A DNA stretch of 20,000 nucleotides from the IMG/VR virus record IMGVR_UViG_3300019378_000034; one strand, 5' to 3'. Position 1 is the stretch's first letter. Every line of letters begins with the position of its first letter. Below, in pieces: positions 1 through 8,900 of this stretch. The translations under genes and the position numbers were made by a program. Under the pieces are notes generated by a model. It had not been told where the DNA came from, ran no database searches, and worked only from the letters and a program-made list of their open reading frames with translations. This stretch comes from an uncultured virus (IMG/VR IMGVR_UViG_3300019378_000034) (taxonomy: Duplodnaviria; Heunggongvirae; Uroviricota; Caudoviricetes).

Positions 1-32
1 GCAGCTTTTTGTGCTGCGGCAGGGGTATTCAT
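1..32 (-). CDS. Possible 5' end of a hypothetical gene running off the window (MNTPAAAQKA...)
   Basis: ATG at 30-32 lies one base after the TAA of the 34..258 gene and the frame is open to the edge. This fits the packed operon, but only 10 codons are visible. Confidence 0.4.
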   Translation of the reverse strand, partial: MNTPAAAQKA

Positions 33-33
33 A

Positions 34-258
34 TTAATTATCTAGGCCATCCCAGAAACCTCCATAAACTTTGACGACTTTCACAAGATAGCCGTCGTCA
101 ATTATGTCTCCTTTAGACTTCTTTTCCTTTTTAGTATAAGCGAAAGAATTAAGAATGTAGCCTTGTTTTCTTGCTTCTTCCTTGAAGTCTTCATTCATTT
201 GCTTTGCTTCTTCCTCAGATTCCGCACGGTATTCTGCGGTGACTTTTAATAATCTCAT
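34..258 (-). CDS. Hypothetical phage protein, 74 aa
   Basis: ATGA overlap with the stop of the upstream gene, AAGGAG upstream, ends TAA. Confidence 0.8.
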   Translation of the reverse strand: MRLLKVTAEYRAESEEEAKQMNEDFKEEARKQGYILNSFAYTKKEKKSKGDIIDDGYLVKVVKVYGGFWDGLDN

Positions 259-872
259 ATACCGCGCAACTCCTTTGCTAGATTAGTGAAAGGAGTATCT
301 TCAACAGCCTTCTTTGCGCCATTTACATTGGTGCTACTAATGGGATTGGTAAACATAGAAACAGGGTCAAACTTACCATTTAGAATAGCGTCAACAGTTT
401 TTGCCAGTTCGTCCAGGTTAAAGACCATTCCATTGCTTTCGCAAGTTTTAGCGGGAGCTTCCTTAGATGCTACTTTTTCAGTTTCAGTTTCAGTTTCAGA
501 GGCCTTGTCTGCACTAGAACAAACATCAACCTTGATTACATTGGAGGGAGCAATCGCGGCTTTGGCTGATGTAGCAATACTGTTATCGCAGACACCAGTG
601 ATAGAAGTACTATCACAAAGGGTTGCAGTGCTGGCAATACCATCCACGGTATTGGAGCGCAGAAGACTACCGTTATCGCAGGTCACGGTACCATAATAGG
701 GGGTATTGGTAACAGTAATACTAGGAGAGGTCCAAGTCCAATAATTGCTCTTGGCATGGTTTTCACCATCAGTATAACCTTCACGATAAGTTTCGTTCAA
801 CAGCTTTTCCAGTTCACAACGAGTGAACTCAATCTTACCTGCTCTGTTAGTTTTAAATACTTTTACACTCAT
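255..872 (-). CDS. Hypothetical protein, 205 aa, with Ser/Thr/Ala-rich low-complexity middle
   Basis: AAGGAG SD just upstream, co-oriented and packed with neighbours, ends TGA. Confidence 0.8.
   Translation of the reverse strand: MSVKVFKTNRAGKIEFTRCELEKLLNETYREGYTDGENHAKSNYWTWTSPSITVTNTPYYGTVTCDNGSLLRSNTVDGIASTATLCDSTSITGVCDNSIATSAKAAIAPSNVIKVDVCSSADKASETETETEKVASKEAPAKTCESNGMVFNLDELAKTVDAILNGKFDPVSMFTNPISSTNVNGAKKAVEDTPFTNLAKELRGI
476..499. repeat. In-frame hexamer tandem repeat (TTTCAG)x4 encoding SETETETE
   Basis: Four exact copies read directly at 476-499. Confidence 0.85.
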
Positions 873-877
873 TTTAA

Positions 878-1555
878 TTACTCCTTTGCTTCGTCAGCTT
901 TTTCTTCATAACAAATCAGTTCTTTTGCATAGGGAAGAGTTTCAATCCACTTACAGAAAGCTCTCCATTCAGGAAGACGATGATTACGTCTCTGGCGCCA
1001 GATATTCTTTAGACAACGATAATTAGTTGTCAGACGGGCAGTTAGCATAAAGCCCGCAGGATTAGAATATAGAATCTCAAGATATTTCTGAGTAATTAGC
1101 TTCTTTAGACGCTCTCTATTGTATTCATCATCAATAGGAGTTTGCGCTAATTCAGCAAGTAGCTTATTATGCTGAACTACCTTTTCCTCCATAATCTCAA
1201 TGATTCGAGGGTCAACATACTCATTATACTGATTACGCAAGTCAAACTTGGTAATACGATGCATGGTAGACTGACTAGAAACAAATTCCAAGAATCTGTA
1301 ACGCTCTGCTTCTACCCAAGCCTTATTAGTAAAGGTTAGGTCAAAAGAAACTCGAATACCAGTTAGGAACTGGTCATGTGCGCCCTGCCAATCAGCGGCA
1401 TGGGAAAGATTGGTACCACGCTTTAATTCTGACTCACGAGTTTCTTCCCATTCAGTAGAAGTTCTCATGGGATAGCCAGCAGCGTGGAAGCACTCATCCA
1501 AATCATAAATTCTTATGTTGGAAACAATATTGTTAGAAGGTAATTTTAGTTCCAT
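878..1555 (-). CDS. Divergent ThyX/Thy1-like (FAD-dependent thymidylate synthase fold) protein
   Basis: HDQFL...ERYRFLEFVSSQSTMH and TTNYRCLKNIWRQR...PEWR follow the ThyX motif layout. The gene neighbours nrdD/nrdG. Start moved to ATG 1555 because AAGGAG is at 1562-1567 and the promoter -10 is at 1588-1593. Confidence 0.6.
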   Translation of the reverse strand: MELKLPSNNIVSNIRIYDLDECFHAAGYPMRTSTEWEETRESELKRGTNLSHAADWQGAHDQFLTGIRVSFDLTFTNKAWVEAERYRFLEFVSSQSTMHRITKFDLRNQYNEYVDPRIIEIMEEKVVQHNKLLAELAQTPIDDEYNRERLKKLITQKYLEILYSNPAGFMLTARLTTNYRCLKNIWRQRRNHRLPEWRAFCKWIETLPYAKELICYEEKADEAKE

Positions 1556-1587
1556 TAAATTCTCCTTTTCTCTCATTTTCTATATAT

Positions 1588-1616
1588 ATTATATCATAAA
1601 TTTACCACTTTTTCAA
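1588..1616 (-). promoter_or_regulatory. sigma70/sigmaA-type promoter with extended -10
   Basis: TTGAAA(1616-1611)-17 nt-TATAAT(1593-1588), with TGn before the -10. Confidence 0.8.
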
Positions 1617-1619
1617 ATT

Positions 1620-1874
1620 TTAATCACAGAAACATTCGGCATCATCTTCAGCGTTATTTGTATTGTAAGCCTCCCTCATGCCGGCAATATATCCTAAAGT
1701 ATACTGATGCTTTAAAGCATCTTGCACATTATTCCAACAGGTTGGAAAAAAGGCGGTCAGAATAAATTCAAAACTTAAATCTACGTCAGTGTCGCCTACA
1801 TTTTTCTTTACAGAAGCAACCATTCTTTCAACATCTGAAAGTTTAATTGGCTCAATAGCGATTTTCTGTTCCAT
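1620..1874 (-). CDS. Hypothetical protein, 84 aa
   Basis: TAATG overlap with the nrdG stop, AAGGAG SD, ends TAA. Confidence 0.8.
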   Translation of the reverse strand: MEQKIAIEPIKLSDVERMVASVKKNVGDTDVDLSFEFILTAFFPTCWNNVQDALKHQYTLGYIAGMREAYNTNNAEDDAECFCD

Positions 1875-2353
1875 TAGTTCTCCTTTAGATTGATAATATT
1901 TTGATTAGAGCTTCCGCGCATTTTAAGAGTTATATCTCTTAAAGGTTTAACAAAAGGACCATCAATTAAAACATCAACTTCTTTTAAAATCAAAGGTATT
2001 TTAGGATCCGGTGATTTTAATAATTCTTCATGATAGTAACCAGTCCAAAGATAAATTTTTACTTCTGGTAAATGCTGTTTCACATATTGAATAGTCATTA
2101 AAGTTAATAAAGTATTTTGTTCGCATAGCGGCTCTCCACCCATAATACAAAAACTTCGTTTAATACCATTCTTAGTAAGACCAGCTACTATTTTTCTTAG
2201 CACTTCTGGAGTAAATTCCTTACCACCATCAAAATCCCATGTTTCTGGATTATGACATCCTTCGCAGTGGTGCGGGCACCCCTGTGTGAATAAGGTTACA
2301 GACACACCGGGCGCCGCACACATATCATTATAATTTATTCCTGCATATCTCAT
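1874..2353 (-). CDS. nrdG: Anaerobic ribonucleotide reductase activating protein (radical SAM)
   Basis: GCPHHCEGCHN (CxxxCxxC), GGEPL, DVLIDGPF and RGSSNQ motifs. ATGA overlap with nrdD. Confidence 0.95.
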   Translation of the reverse strand: MRYAGINYNDMCAAPGVSVTLFTQGCPHHCEGCHNPETWDFDGGKEFTPEVLRKIVAGLTKNGIKRSFCIMGGEPLCEQNTLLTLMTIQYVKQHLPEVKIYLWTGYYHEELLKSPDPKIPLILKEVDVLIDGPFVKPLRDITLKMRGSSNQNIINLKEN

Positions 2354-4602
2354 TTATGTTTCACCCTATATTTTACTTCATCTTGCTTGCCACGATTGAA
2401 AGCGGTGGTATAATTACCAGTTAAATATCCAGTAACTCTACGTAATTGTTGGATATGTTCACTGCCACACTCGGGACAATGATCATTAAACTCATCGCAA
2501 TATCCGCACTCTAAACAAGTATCATTAGGAACATTTACTGCGAAATAGGGAATATCTTTGTCCATTGCATAGTTAACTAAAGTTTCAAGAGCTTCTAGAT
2601 TATTTTTAATACCACTATCTAACTCAACATAGGTAATACAACCAGCAGAAGAATAACCAGTTAACTGTGATTCAATATCAATCTTTTCAAAGGGATTCAT
2701 TTCCTTCCATACAGGAACGTGCATGGAGTTAGTAAAGAATTCCTTGTCACTAACATTCTTGATAACACCATAACGCGCCTTGAACTTTTTTAGAGCAGTA
2801 TGGCAAAGATTTTCTGCAGGAGTGTAATAAACACCAAAATTTAGTTTATATTCTTCTTTAAATTCAGCACAACGTTTCTTGAACAAAGCTTCGATTCTTT
2901 TTGCTAATTCCATACCCTTTTCTTCAGTATGGTCGCATCCAATAAGAATCTGTAAAGCTTCAGCCAATCCTAGCTGACCCATTGCAAGAGTACCATGCTT
3001 TAAGGCAGAACGAATACCTTCTTCTGGTACATAGCCAGCCATTAGACCATTCTCATACATAAAACGAGCGGAGGCAGGATTCTGAGAGCAAATCCAATTA
3101 AAACGTTCAATTAACATATCTTTGGCTTCGTGGATTTTTTCATTTAGAATGGCTAAGAAAATATCTTCAACACTTTCGCCCTGCCCCTCAGCTAACCACT
3201 CTTCCTTAGCCATCATGGCCAAAGTAGGCAAAATAATGGTTACTGGACAGATATTTCCTCGTCCATCCTTTCGCTGACCGAGGCCGTTAATATCGTATCC
3301 ATTGGCAGTTCTACATCCCATCGTACTGAAATAGGTACAGGGGTCATTGATGTCGTATCCATCATTGCCAGTCCAGTCAACATTTGCGTAGTTGGGATAC
3401 AATCTTTGGGCGGTTGAGCGTAATGCGAGTTTAAATAAATCGTAATTTGGGTCTTCGGGTTCACGGTTTACTCCTTTCATACACTGGAAGATTCCACATG
3501 GGAAAATAGATGTTTTGTGTAATTTACCAATACCTTTAATAGAAACATCAAGTAAAGCCTTGGTAATCATTCTACCTTCTGGCAAAGTACAGGTTCCATA
3601 GTTTATAGATGTAAATGGAAGCTGATTACCACTACGTGATTGTAAGGTGTTAAGATTGTGGTACATAGCTTCAACTGCTTGATATACTTCACGTTCAGTC
3701 ATTTCAAGAGCATAGGTCCAAGCTTGTGGATGAAGGTCTTTAAATTCGGTATTATTGAAGCAAATGACACCATTTTCACAACCTTCTTTGGTATTTTTTA
3801 ACCATCTGTCAAAACGTTCTAGTTTATATTCAGATTTTCCTTCACAATATCTCATGCCATCTTTTAAATGTTTGGTAAAGCTCTTTCTAACATAAGGAAC
3901 CATAGTCCAATCTAAGTGAGTTGCACTAACTCCGCCAAACTGCTGTAAGGATTGCAACTGGAAGATAACAGCAACTAACTGGAAAGCTGTACTTATGGAT
4001 TGAGCTGGACGTACATCAGTCTGTCTTGTATTGAAACCTTTAGCCAATAAATCATCAAAGGGAATAGATAAGCAATTATGAGAACCAACGGCATAATGGT
4101 CTAAATCATGAATATAAATCATGTTATTCAAGTGATTTTCTTTAGCCATAGGACTTACAATATAATCAAGCGCATATTTACGTGCAACTGCGCTATTCAT
4201 TTCACCCATACGGCCACCAAATGAATGTTCATCGACATTTGCATTTTGATTCTGAACATTTGCTGCACTTAATTTTTCACCAATGGTGTCCATCAATTCC
4301 TTGTAATTATGGCGAGCCATTTCACGCTTATAGCGATAACGAATATAAGCTTTCGCCAAATCTGGTTTGGGACCATTGATTAGATTCCATTCTACTAAAT
4401 CTTGAATCTCTTCAACTGTAATACATTCTACAGTATGATATTCAAAATAGTTTTCAATACTTGTAGCAACATTTTCAGAAATATACTTAGAGTAAATATT
4501 ACCATCTACTTCAAGTAACGCCTTATTGATTGCACAAATAATTTTATTTCTGTCATAAGGAACTTGAGTTCCATCTCTTTTTACTACAATTACGTTAGTC
4601 AT
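2350..4602 (-). CDS. nrdD: Class III anaerobic ribonucleoside-triphosphate reductase with N-terminal ATP cone
   Basis: ATP cone (VVKRDG), IYIHDLD, TPAENL, FTNSMHVP, Zn site CLEC..CPEC and glycyl-radical loop RRVTGY. Start set at ATG 4602 (MTNVIVVK) with GGAGG at 4609-4613. Confidence 0.96.
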   Translation of the reverse strand: MTNVIVVKRDGTQVPYDRNKIICAINKALLEVDGNIYSKYISENVATSIENYFEYHTVECITVEEIQDLVEWNLINGPKPDLAKAYIRYRYKREMARHNYKELMDTIGEKLSAANVQNQNANVDEHSFGGRMGEMNSAVARKYALDYIVSPMAKENHLNNMIYIHDLDHYAVGSHNCLSIPFDDLLAKGFNTRQTDVRPAQSISTAFQLVAVIFQLQSLQQFGGVSATHLDWTMVPYVRKSFTKHLKDGMRYCEGKSEYKLERFDRWLKNTKEGCENGVICFNNTEFKDLHPQAWTYALEMTEREVYQAVEAMYHNLNTLQSRSGNQLPFTSINYGTCTLPEGRMITKALLDVSIKGIGKLHKTSIFPCGIFQCMKGVNREPEDPNYDLFKLALRSTAQRLYPNYANVDWTGNDGYDINDPCTYFSTMGCRTANGYDINGLGQRKDGRGNICPVTIILPTLAMMAKEEWLAEGQGESVEDIFLAILNEKIHEAKDMLIERFNWICSQNPASARFMYENGLMAGYVPEEGIRSALKHGTLAMGQLGLAEALQILIGCDHTEEKGMELAKRIEALFKKRCAEFKEEYKLNFGVYYTPAENLCHTALKKFKARYGVIKNVSDKEFFTNSMHVPVWKEMNPFEKIDIESQLTGYSSAGCITYVELDSGIKNNLEALETLVNYAMDKDIPYFAVNVPNDTCLECGYCDEFNDHCPECGSEHIQQLRRVTGYLTGNYTTAFNRGKQDEVKYRVKHK

Positions 4603-4792
4603 TAACATCCTCCAAATGATAGCAGAATTCACATTGTCCCTCTACATAATGATGATTACATTTCTTCTGCAAAGATTCAATTTCATTATTAATTCTGACT
4701 ACTTCTGGATTTAATGTAAACATACCTGGCACAGTAGCTTCTTCAAGCTACCAGCGCAATTCATCAATTTTTGCTTTAATCTCTTTTGACAT
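4595..4792 (-). CDS. Small 65-aa protein with C-terminal CxH...CxxC, containing an in-frame TAG (codon 15); absent from the ORF track
   Basis: GGAGGG SD then MSKEIKAKIDELRW[TAG 4748-4750]LEEATVPGMFTLNPEVVRINNEIESLQKKCNHHYVEGQCEFCYHLEDVND-TAA. It exactly fills the gap and overlaps the nrdD start. Confidence 0.8.
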
Positions 4793-4794
4793 TT

Positions 4795-5925
4795 TCAACC
4801 CTCCATCTTGTTGATATAAAATTCATAAAAATCTTCAAAGAGTTCAGGTTTCTCTTCTCTGACAAAAGCAAACAGTTCTCGTATTTCTTGTCTGGTCATG
4901 GCTTTAGCATAATAGGTTGGCAAGTCATCATAAGTAGCTCGCGCGAAGTCAAATAAAGTGTCCTCTCCAATACGCTTAAAATAAGTTGATTGTGGAAGAC
5001 ACCGCATACTATTATGATAAAAATTGAACAAATCTAAGACTTTTTCCCATCTACTGTCGATAAAGAAATTTTCCTCATATTTAAGTGAAAAGAAAACCCT
5101 ATAGCTACGTGCTTTTACAACCTGATGAAAAATCCGAACAATATATTTATCAAGAAACTCCTGCTGATTAGCAGAAGAAGCAGTGACATAATAATCTAAC
5201 TGTTTGTAAACGGCCTTTTCTCTTATATAGCCGACGAAATCATCGAAAGCATCGTCATCAATAACTCCGTCATATCTAAGAGAATAAAATGTACTATTTG
5301 GGCGCAATGAAATCCAATTCAATAAGTCTTGTCCTTGAGTAACAGTAGGAGGAAATTTCATTCCCACTCTTGTTGCCCAGCCATCAGTTCTGGCGCGAGC
5401 CAACAACTTTTTAACTTCTTCAAAACTGCCTTCGATTTTTCCTAAATCAAAGTCATGTAACATCAAGTTACGAGCAGTTTTTAGAAACTTAAATTGTCTT
5501 GGGTAATCTTCCCAAATTGTCTTCCCATCTAATGACAATCGGCAATGCTCAGCTTCCATCATGTTTTGAAAAATTTTCTTCTGATCGCGCCCTTTAGAAG
5601 CCATAATAGTCTTTTCCATATTTTCATATATAGAAGTGTCTGGATGCATAATTTCTATTTCTCTTGGTAGTGGTGCATATATTCCATCTGTAAATGCATA
5701 ACCACCGTACTCAAGATTGGGAATATTTTCAAGTCCCATTATAAAGTTTCCATCATCATAGTCTTTTCTTAAAAAGAATTTCTGATGTCGCTCTGGCGTG
5801 AAGTAGGGAGATAGTACAACTACCTCCCTCTTTTTCTTGTAGTAAGCAGAGAGTTTCATCAGTTCTAGATTGAATGGAACTAAAGTATAAGTTGCCATGT
5901 CCTAATCATATAAACCAATACTCAT
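4795..5925 (-). CDS. 376-aa protein resembling phage radical-SAM-family proteins but lacking CxxxCxxC; in-frame TAG at codon 8
   Basis: ATG 5923-5925 overlaps the dnaE TGA (ATGA) with a GGAGG SD. It reads MSIGLYD[TAG 5902-5904]DMATYTLVPFNLELMKLSAYYK. The family call is from recalled motif resemblance. Confidence 0.75.
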
Positions 5926-8900
5926 TCTGCTGCCTCCATTCTTTCGCCCTTGGTGTATAACCAACCATCTTCGGTAACTTCGGTAATAAGCTCAACCAGA
6001 TGATAAGGAGTCTTATTATATTTCTTTGCTAAGAAACCATCAGACTGCTTAATACCAGTTACAATAATCTTATTACCACGAGCCAGCCAAGACTTTTCAA
6101 TAACGTGCTTCTTTCCATCTGCACCTTTTTCGGAAATTTGCTTGTCATAATGAGAAAATACTTGGCCAAAAATCTTAACAGTTACAACTCCGCTTGTAGT
6201 TAGAAGTGTAACAGTTTTCTTGTTCTTATCTTTATCCAAAATTGTACCTGCAATTCGATACAATTTGAAAATAGGGATTTGGCGCCCTTTAATTGGAATG
6301 ATTCTTTCAACTACAGGAGTTTCCGGAATCTTGTCAAAATCAGTAATGTCATAAGCTCTTGTATTTACATGGGCCAATTCATGCTCGTGAGAATAGAAAG
6401 ATACTGCATCCATTTCCCACTTACTCAAACTACCTTGGCAATACTTATTCCACATATCGCTTGTCAAGCGATTATTTACTTCCTCAAGCAAAGTTGCAGA
6501 ATTTTCTTTTACCCAAGGACGAATCTTATCCATATGGCTCTGATAAATCTTATCCCAAACTGTTTGCTTGATTAAGAAACCGCTTTCAGACATTTCACTA
6601 GGAATTAAATTATCCATATCAAAATGCTTCTCATAGAAATTAAAAGCGATATTATCAAGAGCATAATAAGTTTCCCACTTTAACTTCTTTACATACTTGT
6701 TAAAGTTATAAACTCTACGCTGCATATCATACTTATCTGGAATCAAACCAAAATCAATTAACATCTTCATATTCTGAAGAGTAATTCGCTGCTTTGTATC
6801 AGAGACACTATTGATGTACTGTCGCATGATTTGCACGCGGTCTCCAAAGCTATCAAAAGCTCCGGACTTGATAAGATTAATGACTTGAGCCTTGTTGATT
6901 TTAACTCTAGAGGTAAGGTCGGCCACAGAAGTGTAAGGACGTCCATCCATAATTGCCTTGACGAGGTCTTCACCAACTTTTGTAATTCCGCTAAGTCCAT
7001 ATCTAATTGTATTACTCTCTACATCGGGATAGAAGGTAAAACTGGACTTGTTGATATCAGGTGGGGCCACATCAACTCCGCTTGACTTGATTTTACCAAT
7101 AGCCGTTGCGATTTTACCATAATTGGCGGATTTTGTTTTCTTTTTCTTTTTAGTAGCTGCTGATACTGTCTCTTCATCTTCGTCTTCGTTTTCATCTTCA
7201 TCCTCTTCCGCGCCGAAATCTTCAAAAGAAGAATATTCGACTTCTTCATATACATTATCTACTTCTTCTACTTCTTCTTCGTCGTCGTTTTCAGCGCCAC
7301 CACTATCAGAAATCAAACACGCACAATTCCAGAACATGATGGGATAATTATATCCTAAGTTCATTTCTTGTAGTGCAATCAAAGAATAAGCAAGAGTGTG
7401 AGAAGCATTAAAACCATAACCACGAGAAGTTGCAACTAGAACATTCCATACATAATTGCATAGATTTTTACTCAAGCCTTTCTTTTCTACAGTTTCAAAA
7501 TATTCCTTCTGCAACTCTTCATAAGCCGCAGGATTCTTTTTAGCGATTGACTTACGCAGTTTATCTGCCCAAGTCAGGTCAAAGCCACCACATTCAGGCA
7601 TCTGCACCAACTGCATAAACTTTTCCTGGGACTCAGAAATACCATAAGATAGCTTAACAACTGGCTCAAGCAATTTCTGCTCTTCTTTGGTTAGCCCATA
7701 CTTATCCATTTCATCATACCATAACTGAATATCATTCTTAAAACGAGCGAACTTATTCAGCGGCTGCTCAGCGCCTTTCTCCTGCGCCATCAATCGAATA
7801 ACAGAGTTAAGAACCGCAAGGTCATCAACACTTTGAGGATGGGTTAAAGCAATACCCTGAATACCAGATTGCTTTTCCATCTGGAACAAAGAATGAATCT
7901 CATGGTTCCAAACCATCTGCCACATCTGAGGTGCTTCACGCACCAAATTATAAATACCGATAACACTTTCATAAGTGTCTCTCAAAGTTTCTTTCTTTTC
8001 AATGTAATTCTGTTCACAAAGCAAATCAAGACAAATATGAATTTTATCCATTGCCTCGACAGAAAGTAAGTCGTACTTAATCAGAGAACAATCTTCACAA
8101 TCATGCAGGTCAAACTGAGTCATAATATCACCATTAGGTGCGCGCATTAAAGCGGTGGAATTTTCAAAGTCCTCATCAACAAAGATAACGCCACCTGCGT
8201 GTTCACCTAAACGACAAACCAGACCTTCAATCTTTTTTGCAACCTGCCAAACTTCGGGATAGTTTTCTGTCATTTCATATACAAACTGCTTATTTGGCGC
8301 GAAGTCACTTTCTTCATCGCCATAGAATGTTTGGTCGAGAGTTCTTAACATACCACGGTCAGAAGCAATCATAGAAGCTAGATACTGTGCAATATCAACA
8401 TCAATACCCAAACCACGGCAAGCAGTCAAAACCGCAGACTTAGATTTTTCAGTACCAAAGGTTGCAACGTTAGCAACTCTATCTTCCCCATAGACTTTTC
8501 TTAGATGGTCCAAAACCTGCTTACGGCGCCCGCCTTCAATATCAACGTCAACGTCAAGAACAGATACACGAGCAGGATTAAGAAAACGCCAGGCAAAAGT
8601 TTTGGTCGTTTCCCATTGAGGATTAATTTGGGTAATTCCCAAAAGGTATAGCAGTATGAAACCAACACCAGAACCACGGCCACAGCCTACAAGAGTTCCT
8701 GCATTCCAACACTCCTCAATAATCTTTTGTAGATTTAGATAATATGCAGACCAATGAGTTTTGTTGACTTCGGAAGAAATCCAAGTCATTTCAAGACATT
8801 CATTGATTGCGTCATAGATTTCTTGAGTTTGTAATTTCTTGTCTTTGGACAGAGCTAAAGAAATAGCATCACATAAATGATGGTCACCTACATAATCAGA

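Noticed and set aside
4603..4632. Track start of nrdD at 4632
   Set aside because: The SD position supports ATG 4602, and this stretch encodes the end of the 65-aa gene in another frame.
7132..7296. Intein or intron in dnaE
   Set aside because: No C/S start with HN-C/S/T end and no homing-endonuclease motif. It is a short charged insert in a continuous frame.
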